A stretch of 48,543 nt of DNA, taken from positions 1 to 48,543 of the forward strand of contig JAHJDQ010000182.1 of the NCBI GenBank assembly GCA_018812355.1. The letters are read 5' to 3'. Positions 38,203-47,909 of the stretch are shown here, in pieces (the first letter of the stretch is position 1; each line of letters starts with the position of its first letter). The translations under genes were made by a program, and so were the position numbers. Under the pieces are notes generated by a model. That model saw only the letters and a list, made by a program, of their open reading frames with translations. It was not told the origin of the DNA and made no database searches. The DNA comes from Nanobdellota archaeon (lineage in GTDB: Archaea; Nanobdellota; Nanobdellia; Woesearchaeales; GW2011-AR9).

Positions 38203-38940
38203 ATGGTTGAAGAGATAATTCATCAAGGACGATTACTAGGAAGAAGAGTTGGCAATCAATTAACTGAAGTTTATGTTTCTGATCTTGAAGTTGAAGATTT
38301 ATTAAGAGAATTAAAGTTTGAAGATCGTTTATATCGAAACAGTCAGTTTAAAGGTTTATTTAAAGTTGCTTCTAAATTAGAGGTTGATGTTGATGATTGT
38401 ATTGAAGATACTGAACTAATTGATTATGAACTTGATCATCATTGCAATAGCCTAACTATACTCCGAAGAAAAAATCCTAAGTTATTTGATTTATTCATTA
38501 AACGGGAATTATTTCATAAAATTATTTTAGCATCGAAAGGGATGGATATTTTCGGAGATGAATCAGAAGTAAAACCTTATACCACTGTTGAAAGGGTGAG
38601 AGCAGAATTAAATAATATAAGGGATTTAGAAGTTAATCGTTATAAAATATCAGAAACCAGAACCGGAGTGATGATTAATCGCTCTGATACATTTATTTTG
38701 CTTAACATGTATACTAAGGGTAGTGATCAAAATCGCTATGAAATTTATCCTGTAGTAAGGGGGAAGAATATTCAAGAATTATTTGGTAAAAGGAAAGATC
38801 ATTTTGGACATTTAACTATAGAGGAGGCTTCCGATATTGCTGAGCATGCTGCCACTTATGCTCAAAATACTCGATATAAACATTTTTTAGAAAAAGAGAT
38901 TGAGAAATATGTTCCAAGAGATCTTGTCACTTTTTACTAA
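38203..38940 (+). CDS. Hypothetical protein
   Basis: 245-aa ORF with upstream TATA-like box; no recognised motif. Confidence 0.7.
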   Translation: MVEEIIHQGRLLGRRVGNQLTEVYVSDLEVEDLLRELKFEDRLYRNSQFKGLFKVASKLEVDVDDCIEDTELIDYELDHHCNSLTILRRKNPKLFDLFIKRELFHKIILASKGMDIFGDESEVKPYTTVERVRAELNNIRDLEVNRYKISETRTGVMINRSDTFILLNMYTKGSDQNRYEIYPVVRGKNIQELFGKRKDHFGHLTIEEASDIAEHAATYAQNTRYKHFLEKEIEKYVPRDLVTFY

Positions 38941-38947
38941 AAAAAAG

Positions 38948-39193
38948 GGCGCTGTCCAGAAAGTCAAATATTTGTATACTGGCGCATAAAAACAAACAGA
39001 GATTTGTTTTTAGCGCAAGAATAAAGTTTTTGTCTTTATTCTTTGCGCCAGAGGAGGCGCATTTTGTGAGTAGGGCACGGCACTTTAGATTTTTTCCTCA
39101 TTATAGAGGGAAAAATGTGCCTCCTTTGGCGCTACTCACAAAATCCACGCGCCGTGCCCCAGTATACGAATTAGTGAGACTCTGGACAGCGCC
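38948..39193. mobile_element. MITE-like element E3 (246 bp) with nested modules
   Basis: 13-bp TIR GGCGCTGTCCAGA/TCTGGACAGCGCC; 8-bp TSD AAAAAAAG (38940-38947, 39194-39201). Confidence 0.9.
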
Positions 39194-39255
39194 AAAAAAA
39201 GAAAACCTTTTAATATACCTAATATTTAACAATGAAGATAGAGGTGAATTAAAAA

Positions 39256-40161
39256 ATGAAATATACAATTATACCTTTAATCATTTTACTATTGTTAGCT
39301 CCTGCTTTTGCTCAAAATGATGCTTTAGTAACCCAAATTGATACAATGGCTGACCAAGTGGAAGGACAGGAATTAGCTGGTCCGGTAGGAACCTTACTCG
39401 GCAATCAGCACATGAATATTGAAATTACTTTAACAAATGGCGGCGAGTTAGTCATTGGTTTGATTACCGATGATAAAATTATCATGAAAATGCAGGGTAG
39501 CGCTGTTGAAGATCCTTCTTTAATCATTTCTTTAAGTGAAGCGACAGTGCAGAAAATTCAAAATTCCGTTGATCCTAATGAAGAGATGAAAACTGCTTTG
39601 CTTGATGGCCGGATTAAGTATCAAGCCTTAGGCTTCTTTAACAAAATTAAATTTAAATTTGTCTCAACTATTGTTAAGATGTTTAGCGATGTTGAGGAAG
39701 TAGAAGATCTGGTTGAGGAAGAAGAGACTGAGATTGAGCCAGTTGATGAAGAAATAGAGACAGAGTCTGAAGAGGAAGTTGAGGAAGAAACTAACGAAAC
39801 TACTGAAGAAGAAACTGAAGAAGTCGAGGAAGAACTAGTCGAAGTAGAAGTTGAGGAAGAGACAGAAGAGGAAATAGAATTAGTTGAAGATAATCAACAT
39901 ACTGTCGTGATGGACAATACTGGTTTTTCCGTACCGGAATTAACGGTTAAAGTCGGCGATACGGTTACTTGGGAAAATACTCGTTCCGGATCATTAACCG
40001 GAGCAATGGTCATTGGCGCTAGATTTATTTGTAATCAAGCCAAAAGTCCGGTTCTCAATCCTGGCGGTTCGTATAGTTATACTTTTGAGCAGTCTGGAAC
40101 ATGTGTCGTTGTTGATGGAATTATGACTACCCAAGCCATGAATGTTATCGTGGAAGAATAA
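39256..40161 (+). CDS. Secreted protein with acidic linker and cupredoxin-like C-terminal domain
   Basis: Signal peptide, poly-E linker, FSVPELTVKVGDTVTWEN...LNPGGSYSYTF. Confidence 0.8.
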   Translation: MKYTIIPLIILLLLAPAFAQNDALVTQIDTMADQVEGQELAGPVGTLLGNQHMNIEITLTNGGELVIGLITDDKIIMKMQGSAVEDPSLIISLSEATVQKIQNSVDPNEEMKTALLDGRIKYQALGFFNKIKFKFVSTIVKMFSDVEEVEDLVEEEETEIEPVDEEIETESEEEVEEETNETTEEETEEVEEELVEVEVEEETEEEIELVEDNQHTVVMDNTGFSVPELTVKVGDTVTWENTRSGSLTGAMVIGARFICNQAKSPVLNPGGSYSYTFEQSGTCVVVDGIMTTQAMNVIVEE

Positions 40162-40182
40162 TTTTTTTTAAAAGAGGTACTG

Positions 40183-41184
40183 ATGAAAATAGGATTTTTT
40201 GATATTGAACCCTGGGAAAAAGAGATCTTAAAGAAAGCTTTTTCTCAAGATGAACTTGTTTTTTCTAAAGAACACCTTACTCACAAAAACGCTGCTAAAT
40301 TTCCTCAATTAGAAGTTATCGGAGTCTTTATCCATTCAATAATTAATCAAGATGTTCTTAATCAATTACCACAATTAAAATTAATCGCGACAAGAAGTAC
40401 AGGTTATGATAATGTTGATTTGGCTGAATGTCAAAAGAGAAAAATTCCTCTCTGCAATGTCCCTGCTTATGGTGAGAATACAGTCGCCGAATATACTTTT
40501 GCTTTAATTCTAGCGTTGAGCAGAAAAATAATCATGGCCAATAATCGCACTCATTTGGGAAGTTTTCGTTTACAAGGTTTAAGAGGATTTGATTTACAGG
40601 GAAAAACTTTAGGTATCGTCGGTTGTGGTAAAATTGGGCAGCATGTTGCCAAAATTGCCCGCTGTTTTGAAATGAACGTGTTCGTGTTTGATGTTTATAA
40701 AAATATACCATTAGCTAAAAAATTAGGTTTTAAGTATGTTCCATTAAATACATTACTAAAAAAATCTGATTTAGTAACTTTACACGTTCCCCATAATAAA
40801 CATACTCATCATTTAATTAATCAAAAAACATTAAGTTTAATGAAAAAATCTGCATACTTAATTAATACTTCTCGCGGTGCTATCATTGATACTAGCGCTT
40901 TAGTGAAAGCTTTAACCAAAAAACAAATTGCTGGCGCTGCTTTAGATGTGCTCGAGGATGAATGCGAAATTATAGAAGAGGTTCAAATACTCAAAAAAGA
41001 GTTCGGCCAGAAATGTGATTTAAGTAAAATTGTTGATGACCATGCTTTATTAAAAATGCCTAATGTCATCATCACTCCTCATAACGCTTTCAATTCTCAT
41101 GAAGCACTAATGAGAATTTTAGAAATAACTATTGAAAATATTAAAACATTTAAGTCAGGGAAAATAATTAATCAGGTTAGCTGA
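40183..41184 (+). CDS. D-2-hydroxyacid (D-lactate-like) dehydrogenase
   Basis: TRSTGYD, GIVGCGKIG, INTSRG, ALDVLE, ITPHNAF. Confidence 0.93.
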   Translation: MKIGFFDIEPWEKEILKKAFSQDELVFSKEHLTHKNAAKFPQLEVIGVFIHSIINQDVLNQLPQLKLIATRSTGYDNVDLAECQKRKIPLCNVPAYGENTVAEYTFALILALSRKIIMANNRTHLGSFRLQGLRGFDLQGKTLGIVGCGKIGQHVAKIARCFEMNVFVFDVYKNIPLAKKLGFKYVPLNTLLKKSDLVTLHVPHNKHTHHLINQKTLSLMKKSAYLINTSRGAIIDTSALVKALTKKQIAGAALDVLEDECEIIEEVQILKKEFGQKCDLSKIVDDHALLKMPNVIITPHNAFNSHEALMRILEITIENIKTFKSGKIINQVS

Positions 41185-41250
41185 TTTATACTTTATTGTC
41201 CCACTTTTCTCCGTTACTTTTATATATTTTGAAGACATTAAAATTAAACT

Positions 41251-41370
41251 ATGTATCAAACGTCTCGTAAAGGTCTTTGTAGTGTTTGTAATGGCTGTGG
41301 TAGATGCGGTTCTTTAGAACAGATTGCTGGCTCTGCTTTAGATTATGCTGGAACAACAACCCAATATTAA
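41251..41370 (+). CDS. 39-aa Cys-rich small protein (CxxCxxCxxC)
   Basis: MYQTSRKGLCSVCNGCGRCGSLEQIAGSALDYAGTTTQY*; TATA-like TTTATATA ~25 nt upstream. Confidence 0.6.
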   Translation: MYQTSRKGLCSVCNGCGRCGSLEQIAGSALDYAGTTTQY

Positions 41371-41415
41371 GTTCATTTCCCATAAAAATATAAATTACCA
41401 CCACTTCTTCTCTTT

Positions 41416-42003
41416 ATGATTGACAAACTCTCCTTAATCTTTGGCTCGAAAACTAAAGCCCAAGAGATTGTTTTGCTTTTAAATGACGCTAAACCAGTAG
41501 TCAGACAAGGCTTTTATCCAGAAGAGTTACCTAAAGTAGAACGATTTTGTAAAAATAATTATTTATTTATCGCTAAATCCCGGTTTAAAGTGATTATGGT
41601 TGACAATGGTTCTTATTCAAACAAAGGCCTCCGAATTCCGGAAATGGATAAACGTCCAGGAATGTATTTTGTTTACCTTTCCAAAGATGAAGAGAAAACT
41701 TGGCTGGCAGCCTATCAAGAAATGATGCACAGCGATCGCGAGTTAGGAATTCTCTTAGGTTATCCGGTTTGTTGTGTTGATTATTTCTGTCACAGTTTCA
41801 GTAAAAGTAATGTTGACCCAATGCATAAGCCAACTAATCCCTATACCAATTTAACTAAACGTGATCAAGATTGTGTTTTATTATCCCATTTCCCTTGTAG
41901 TTCTGACTGCGATCATAGTTTACAATTAGCGAGAAAATATTTGAACGTCCTCGCTGACGTGGACAGAAATCGGGCCAGAAAAATCATGGAGAAATTAAGA
42001 TGA
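41416..42003 (+). CDS. DUF483-like conserved archaeal protein
   Basis: ELGILLGYPVCCVDYF, SHFPCSSDC. Confidence 0.7.
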   Translation: MIDKLSLIFGSKTKAQEIVLLLNDAKPVVRQGFYPEELPKVERFCKNNYLFIAKSRFKVIMVDNGSYSNKGLRIPEMDKRPGMYFVYLSKDEEKTWLAAYQEMMHSDRELGILLGYPVCCVDYFCHSFSKSNVDPMHKPTNPYTNLTKRDQDCVLLSHFPCSSDCDHSLQLARKYLNVLADVDRNRARKIMEKLR

Positions 42004-42557
42004 TTATCAAAACTTTCCAAGGAGGATACGATAACAACTTCGCTTACTTAATCATCGAAAATAATCAATGTGCTTTACTTGATCCTGCAGTACCGGCAGA
42101 AACAATCCTTAATTATATCCAAGAAAATAATTTAACATTAAAATTTATTGTCATAATGCATTCTCATTTTGACCATACTGTTGATTTAGACAAATATCGG
42201 AAACAGGGGATTCTTTTATATGGTCATCCTTCAACAAAAATAGAAATCGATCAAAAAATTGAAGACAAAGACATACTAGAATTGGGCTCATTAAAATTAA
42301 AAGTAATCCATACTCCCGGCCATACTCCTGATGCAATCTGTATTCTCATTGATAACAAATTATTCACTTCTGACACCTTATTTGTTGAATGTTGCGGCAG
42401 AACTGATTTAGAGGGAGGAGATGCAAACCAATTAAAACAATCCTTAAACAAACTAAAACAGTTACCAGATGACACGATGATCTATCCTGGCCATGACTAT
42501 GGTTCAACAAAAACATCTACCATCGGAAAAGAAAAACATAACAACCCTCATTTTTAA
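42000..42557 (+). CDS. Metallo-beta-lactamase-fold hydrolase (glyoxalase II-like)
   Basis: HSHFDH, HTPGHT, FTSDTLF, YPGHDY. Confidence 0.93.
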   Translation: MIIKTFQGGYDNNFAYLIIENNQCALLDPAVPAETILNYIQENNLTLKFIVIMHSHFDHTVDLDKYRKQGILLYGHPSTKIEIDQKIEDKDILELGSLKLKVIHTPGHTPDAICILIDNKLFTSDTLFVECCGRTDLEGGDANQLKQSLNKLKQLPDDTMIYPGHDYGSTKTSTIGKEKHNNPHF

Positions 42558-42619
42558 CCAAAAAGTTTATATATTTGTACATAATATAAGTGTATGCACA
42601 CAATTGGGGGTATTATGAA

Positions 42620-42850
42620 ATGAGTACAATGACTTTAGCTGTGGCCGATGAAATGAAACAAAAGATGAATTCCTTTCCAGAAATGAATTGGTCTGAAGTA
42701 GCTCGACAGGCCTTCTCTCAGAAGTTAGAAGACCTTGAATTTCTGCAAAAATTCAAAGAAAAGAGTAAACTTACTGAAGCTGATGCGATGCGACTAGGAG
42801 CAGAAGTAAGCAAAGCAGTAAGCCAAAAGCTACGAAAAAAAGCGAAATAG
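42620..42850 (+). CDS. Putative antitoxin (RHH-like)
   Basis: MTLAV...EMNWSEVARQA; immediately upstream of PIN gene. Confidence 0.75.
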   Translation: MSTMTLAVADEMKQKMNSFPEMNWSEVARQAFSQKLEDLEFLQKFKEKSKLTEADAMRLGAEVSKAVSQKLRKKAK

Positions 42851-42851
42851 A

Positions 42852-43250
42852 ATGGATCTTGTTGTTGATGCAAATGTTATCTTTGCTGTTCTGATTAAAG
42901 ATAGCTTCAGTTCCCATCTTTTGTTTAGTTGGGAGTATCATCTGTTCACCCCTGAATATATTTTCACTGAGTTTGAGAAACATAAAGAAGAACTTCTTGA
43001 TAAAACTGAACGAACAACAACAGAGTTTTTCAGACTTCTTGAAATTCTAAAAAGAAGAATTACTCTTGTTCCTCTTGAGGAATTAACTGATTACGTTGCA
43101 GAAGCAGAAAAGCTTACTCCTGATCCTAAAGACATGGCTTATTTTGCCCTTGCCCTAAAATTAAATTGTGCCATCTGGAGTAATGATAAAAAACTAAAAG
43201 AACAAGATAAAATCAAAGTTTATCCTACTCATGAATTAGTTAAATTATAA
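42852..43250 (+). CDS. PIN-domain (VapC-like) toxin
   Basis: LVVDANV, DPKDMAYFALAL, IWSNDK. Confidence 0.92.
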   Translation: MDLVVDANVIFAVLIKDSFSSHLLFSWEYHLFTPEYIFTEFEKHKEELLDKTERTTTEFFRLLEILKRRITLVPLEELTDYVAEAEKLTPDPKDMAYFALALKLNCAIWSNDKKLKEQDKIKVYPTHELVKL

Positions 43251-43309
43251 TCTTAAACTTTAAGCAAACTATATAAACCTAAAAATAATTCAAACTAAAA
43301 AGAGGTACT

Positions 43310-44557
43310 ATGGCAGAGATAACTTTATTCATTAATTTTATGATTGCTCTAGCTCTGGGAGCATTAATCGGTTTGGAAAGAGAGTACGCTTCTTATAAAA
43401 AACGTGGCCATGACTATGCGGGGATTAGAACTTTTCCCTTAATTGCTATTTTCGGAACACTTTCTGCTTACTTAGGACAACTAATTTCCATCTGGTTGTT
43501 TGTTATTAGCATGCTTCTTACTGGAATTTTGATTATTGTCGCTTATTTTGTGATGAACAAAATCGACCGTAAACATATCGGGGCAACTTCAGAATTAGCC
43601 GGCTTTATTACTTTTTTCATTGGTGCTTTATGTTTTTATGGTGATTATACCTTAGCAGTAGTTTTAGCGATTGCCATCACAATCATTTTGTTTGCCCGTT
43701 CTATCCTCCATCATTTCGCTGAACGGATTAAACCAGTGGAACTAGCCTCAACCTTAAAATTTGCCGTCGTTGCTTTTGTCATCTTACCTTTCCTACCTAA
43801 CCAAGGTTACGGTCCGATGGAAATGTTTAATCCCTATATTATTTGGTTAATGGTTGTTTTTATTTCTGGGATCGGCTTTTTTGGTTACATCTTAATGAAA
43901 TGGTTCGGCGAGAAAGGGATTACTCTTGCCGGTATTTTAGGTGGTTTAATCAGCAGTACAGCAACCACAACAGGTTTTGCAGAAAGAAGTAAGAAAGCCC
44001 CAAAAATTTATCTTGCCTTAGCTCTCGGAGTAATTCTTGCTAATAGTATTATGTTTATCCGGATTTTAATTGAAGTTTTTGTCTTAAACAGAGAATTGTT
44101 TTTACCATTATTATTACCACTAGGAATATTATTTCTAATTTCAGCAATATTTTCTTACATTTTATGGAAAAAAGTAGTTAAAGAAGTTCCCGGTAAGATG
44201 GATCTTGGAAGTCCATTTACAATCAAACCAGCATTAAAATTTGGAATTTTCTTTGCGGTAATTTTAGCTTTAGTTAAGATAGGCCATTTCTACTTTCAAA
44301 CAAAAGGAGTTTATTTAGTTAGTTTCATTTCCGGTTTTGCGGATGTTGATGCAATTACGGTTTCCTTAGCTAATTTGTCTAAGGATAGTTTAAGTTTAGC
44401 AGTAGCTAAACAAGGAATTGTTTTAGCTGCTTTAACTAACGTTGCCGTTAAGGGCGGAATTGCTTATTGGTTCGGTGGAAAACAATTCGGCAGAATAATC
44501 GCTATTTTCTATGCAGTTTTAATTGTGGTAGGAATTCCTTTAGTATTTTTGTTATAA
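43310..44557 (+). CDS. MgtC/SapB family membrane protein with DUF4010 domain
   Basis: LIGLERE, AGIRTF, GGLISSTATT, DVDAIT. Confidence 0.92.
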   Translation: MAEITLFINFMIALALGALIGLEREYASYKKRGHDYAGIRTFPLIAIFGTLSAYLGQLISIWLFVISMLLTGILIIVAYFVMNKIDRKHIGATSELAGFITFFIGALCFYGDYTLAVVLAIAITIILFARSILHHFAERIKPVELASTLKFAVVAFVILPFLPNQGYGPMEMFNPYIIWLMVVFISGIGFFGYILMKWFGEKGITLAGILGGLISSTATTTGFAERSKKAPKIYLALALGVILANSIMFIRILIEVFVLNRELFLPLLLPLGILFLISAIFSYILWKKVVKEVPGKMDLGSPFTIKPALKFGIFFAVILALVKIGHFYFQTKGVYLVSFISGFADVDAITVSLANLSKDSLSLAVAKQGIVLAALTNVAVKGGIAYWFGGKQFGRIIAIFYAVLIVVGIPLVFLL

Positions 44558-44560
44558 ATA

Positions 44561-44824
44561 TTAAAAAAATTCTAACTTCGGCTCATCATCCTTTTTCTCT
44601 TTTTCTTTACCTAATTTTAAAAGAGCATTAAAATCAGGCGCCGTATCCGGCTTTTCTTCTGAAGAAGTATTACCAAACATCGTCATCATGTTGGTTGTAT
44701 CAACCGATTCCTTATTCTCCATCAATGAACCACTACCCTTATTATCAAGAATGTGATTAAGAATGTGCATCACTTTACGAATGTCTTCATAGGAATCCTC
44801 TTTTGTATCAATTGTAATTCTCAT
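44561..44824 (-). CDS. Small hypothetical protein
   Basis: MRITIDTKEDS..DIRKV; start moved to ATG 44824. Confidence 0.7.
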   Translation of the reverse strand: MRITIDTKEDSYEDIRKVMHILNHILDNKGSGSLMENKESVDTTNMMTMFGNTSSEEKPDTAPDFNALLKLGKEKEKKDDEPKLEFF

Positions 44825-44980
44825 GATTATAAGAAAAGTAAAGTCATATATAATATTTTTGTTGTTTCTTAATAAAAATAAAAGAACATAATAACTGAAA
44901 GTCCCCTTGCTCAATCTTTATTATTAATTATCCTTAAAATCGGAGTAAACTATATAAACAACATCTTCTTTACAAAACAA

Positions 44981-45730
44981 ATGACCCATATAGTCTTATA
45001 CACACTCATTAGTGTAATCATCGTTTCTTTAATTTCTTTGGTGGGCATCTTCTTCCTTTTACTCAAAAAAGATCTCCTTAACAAAACTTTATTGTTTATG
45101 GTTAGCCTTTCTGCCGGTTCATTATTTGGCGGTGCGTTTATTCACTTATTACCGGAAGCAATCGCTGTCCGCGGTTTCACTTTACCAATTTCTTTATCAA
45201 TCCTCGGCGGAATTCTTGTTTTCTTTGTCATTGAAAAAGCGATTCACTGGCGGCATTGTCATATCCCTACTTCACATAGTCATCCACACCATTTAGCGAC
45301 GATGAATTTAATTGGAGATGGAGTGCACAATTTTATTGACGGTTTGATTATCGCTGCAGGTTATATCGTCAGTCCAGCAGTTGGCGTTGCGGCTACTATA
45401 GCCGTTATCTTGCACGAAGTACCGCAAGAAATTAGTGATTTTGGCGTTTTACTTTATTCAGGTTTGTCAAAAGCAAAAGCCCTTTTCTTTAACTTTCTTT
45501 CCGCCTCGATTGCTATTGCCGGAGCTTTGATTGGTTTAATCATTGGGACAAGATCAGAACTGTTTGCTTTACTGATCTTACCTTTTGCCGCTGGTGGCTT
45601 TCTTTACATTGCCGGCTCGGACTTAATTCCTGAATTACATAAAAATTGTGTTGGTAAAGATAACATCATGCACTTTCTTGCTTTAGTTTTAGGTATAGCG
45701 ATTATGTTATTGTTAAAGTTGTTTGCTTGA
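44981..45730 (+). CDS. ZIP-family metal transporter
   Basis: HLLPEA, His-rich loop, GDGVHNFIDG, HEVPQE. Confidence 0.95.
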   Translation: MTHIVLYTLISVIIVSLISLVGIFFLLLKKDLLNKTLLFMVSLSAGSLFGGAFIHLLPEAIAVRGFTLPISLSILGGILVFFVIEKAIHWRHCHIPTSHSHPHHLATMNLIGDGVHNFIDGLIIAAGYIVSPAVGVAATIAVILHEVPQEISDFGVLLYSGLSKAKALFFNFLSASIAIAGALIGLIIGTRSELFALLILPFAAGGFLYIAGSDLIPELHKNCVGKDNIMHFLALVLGIAIMLLLKLFA

Positions 45731-45749
45731 GAATTTGGTTTTAATCTTA

Positions 45750-46088
45750 TTATCTACCTAAAGCATTAACCTTTCTTGGACGGTTTTCTACTTTTTCAGG
45801 ATGAGTTTGCTGAGCTACTTCAAATTGTACTTCAAACAATCTTAAGTAGCCTTGAACCAACCCTTTGTCTGATCCATTTACTGAAAGGTCAACCATATTA
45901 TTTTGCGGATCATATTCAGCAACGAAAGTGCATTCCATTTTTTCAAAAGAAAAATCATATCTACTTTCATCATTTGAAACTTCGTATTTTGCTCCAAAAT
46001 CAGTAGCTAAATCCCGCACTACTTGAGCAATATCGATAGAATTACCATTAACATTCACATTGCATTTTTCTGTATAATCTCCAGCCAT
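45750..46088 (-). CDS. Hypothetical protein
   Basis: 112-aa ORF with ordinary composition. Confidence 0.65.
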   Translation of the reverse strand: MAGDYTEKCNVNVNGNSIDIAQVVRDLATDFGAKYEVSNDESRYDFSFEKMECTFVAEYDPQNNMVDLSVNGSDKGLVQGYLRLFEVQFEVAQQTHPEKVENRPRKVNALGR

Positions 46089-46122
46089 TATTTTTATACT
46101 GGAATAAGAATCATTTATAAAA

Positions 46123-46746
46123 TTAACCTTTCTCCATCCGCCACAAACCCACGTCTATCCTTCTGACTGGTTTGGTATGAAATTTAAACATTTTTTTTAA
46201 CGGAAATTCATACCGCCACAAATCAGTAATCTTAAATTCATGATCACTACTAATCGCTTCTACAAACCTCTTCGTACTGTATTTATGCATCGAATAAACC
46301 ACTTTGGCTGTACTAAATGCTTTTTCTAAAAATATTTTATCAATGTGCTTCTCTTTCGTACCAAACGGCGGATTCTGGACAACTATGTCTACTTCTGCAT
46401 CGAACAAAGTAACGTCTTCAATAATAAATTCTGCCTCACCAATTTCATATTTTTTCTTAATCTGATTGTAATTTTCAATACAAACTTGGATAATCTTCTC
46501 ATCCTTATCTAAGAAATAAACTTTTCGAGCACCCATTAATAACAAACCAATTCCTAATATCCCCGGACCGCAAGCCGCATCAAGAATAATTTTCCCTGCC
46601 ACTTCTCCCTTTAAAGCCATGCTCCAAATCCATTCCGCAGCGATATGGGCAGGAGTAGCATATTGTTCCAATTCAAAAGATGGTTCTGTATACTCCTGCA
46701 ATTTACTCAATTGTATTTCTAAATCTTTCTGTGAACGAATCGTCAT
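46123..46746 (-). CDS. METTL5-like putative rRNA adenine methyltransferase
   Basis: LEQYATP, DAACGPGILG, QNPPFG. Confidence 0.92.
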   Translation of the reverse strand: MTIRSQKDLEIQLSKLQEYTEPSFELEQYATPAHIAAEWIWSMALKGEVAGKIILDAACGPGILGIGLLLMGARKVYFLDKDEKIIQVCIENYNQIKKKYEIGEAEFIIEDVTLFDAEVDIVVQNPPFGTKEKHIDKIFLEKAFSTAKVVYSMHKYSTKRFVEAISSDHEFKITDLWRYEFPLKKMFKFHTKPVRRIDVGLWRMEKG

Positions 46747-46768
46747 AAGTTAAGAATAAAAGTTTACT

Positions 46769-47590
46769 TTAATAAAGGTTATCATGCGGACTGACTACAT
46801 TATGTAAATGAACATTACTCACCCGAGCATATTGTTGTGTTGTTTTAATGTTCTTATGCCCAAGTAATTTCTGAATTACCGGAAACTCTACTTTATGGTC
46901 AAGTAAATGCGTGGCAAACGAATGTCTTAAGATGTGAGGAGTTACAGTCTTACTTATTCGTGCTTTAGTAGCAGCTTGCTTTAAAACTTCTTGTACTGTT
47001 CGAACAGAAATATGACTATTACTATAAGATCCAAATAAATAACCATTCTGGTAATATTTACTTTTAACATATTCCTCAATCATCCCCATCACTTTATCTG
47101 AAAGAATGGTATATCTGTCTTTATTGCCTTTACCTTGCTTTACTAATAACCTTCTTCTCCCAAAATCAAAATGTTCTAATTTAATTTTTACTAATTCGGA
47201 AACTCTTATTCCCGTAGCGTACAATAATGAGATCATCAATTTATGTTTAACATTTTCAGTAACATCAATCAATCTCTTAATCTCTTCTTGAGATAAAATT
47301 TCTTTAACTGTATCTTCCCGCTTTTGATAAGGTAAATCAGTAAACTTACGTTTCATGATCTTAACATAATAAAAATTCAAGGCATTATGGGCTAAATTAA
47401 TCTGTGAACTGGAAGCTCTTTTAGATTCTAAATACAACAAATACTGACGAACATCAGAACGACAAACTTCCTGCGGCTTCTTTCTACAAAAATTAATAAA
47501 TTTCTGATTATAATATAAATAATTCTTGATTGTCTTTGGAGAATAATTTCTTAACTTACATTCTTCAATTAACGGTTCAAACATTTTCAT
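46769..47590 (-). CDS. Tyrosine recombinase (Xer/integron-integrase-like N-terminus, no IntI-specific insertion)
   Basis: LRNYSPKTIKNY, YATGIRVSE, GKGNKDR, HILRHSFATH, LGH, TTQQY; start 47590 or 47584 after GGAGG. Confidence 0.93.
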   Translation of the reverse strand: MKMFEPLIEECKLRNYSPKTIKNYLYYNQKFINFCRKKPQEVCRSDVRQYLLYLESKRASSSQINLAHNALNFYYVKIMKRKFTDLPYQKREDTVKEILSQEEIKRLIDVTENVKHKLMISLLYATGIRVSELVKIKLEHFDFGRRRLLVKQGKGNKDRYTILSDKVMGMIEEYVKSKYYQNGYLFGSYSNSHISVRTVQEVLKQAATKARISKTVTPHILRHSFATHLLDHKVEFPVIQKLLGHKNIKTTQQYARVSNVHLHNVVSPHDNLY

Positions 47591-47909
47591 TCCCTCCGTT
47601 CCATTTATGCCAACCTTGGTTATTGTCATAATTTCCTTCACTATTTTTTCTTTTTGGGAATAAACTCCCTCCAGATTTGTGTTGTCCATAAGCAAGTTTA
47701 GCAAAACATTTCTTACATTTTAATTCATAGAAATCATTTCTGTCAACAGTTCTTACCACAAATTGTAACTCTTCATTATGACAAAGTTGACAAGAATCTT
47801 CATCAAACACTTCCTGAAAAATAGCCAGTTCTTTGAACGCATCCTTAACTGAATCAGAGTTAATCTCAACATTTAAGCGTTGGTTTTTTGTTGTGTAGTT
47901 TATTTTCAT
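47577..47909 (-). CDS. Zinc-binding (2x CxxC) hypothetical protein coupled to the recombinase
   Basis: CQLC...CKKC; GAGGTGA RBS; stop overlaps recombinase start. Confidence 0.8.
   Translation of the reverse strand: MKINYTTKNQRLNVEINSDSVKDAFKELAIFQEVFDEDSCQLCHNEELQFVVRTVDRNDFYELKCKKCFAKLAYGQHKSGGSLFPKRKNSEGNYDNNQGWHKWNGGNENV

Noticed and set aside
20756..39193. CRISPR array explanation for the repeats
   Set aside because: Copies are dispersed and nested, not regularly spaced; no cas genes in the window
39030..39320. 96-aa ORF
   Set aside because: Reads through MITE E3 and overlaps the real gene at 39256
39690..39890. GAA/GAG-rich tract as a tandem repeat element
   Set aside because: It simply encodes the poly-Glu linker of the secreted protein
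1351..47291. Numerous short antisense or overlapping ORFs in the track
   Set aside because: Shadow frames of well-supported genes
47591..47704. N-terminal extension of the recombinase
   Set aside because: Overlaps the upstream Zn-protein gene; the RBS supports a start at 47590/47584
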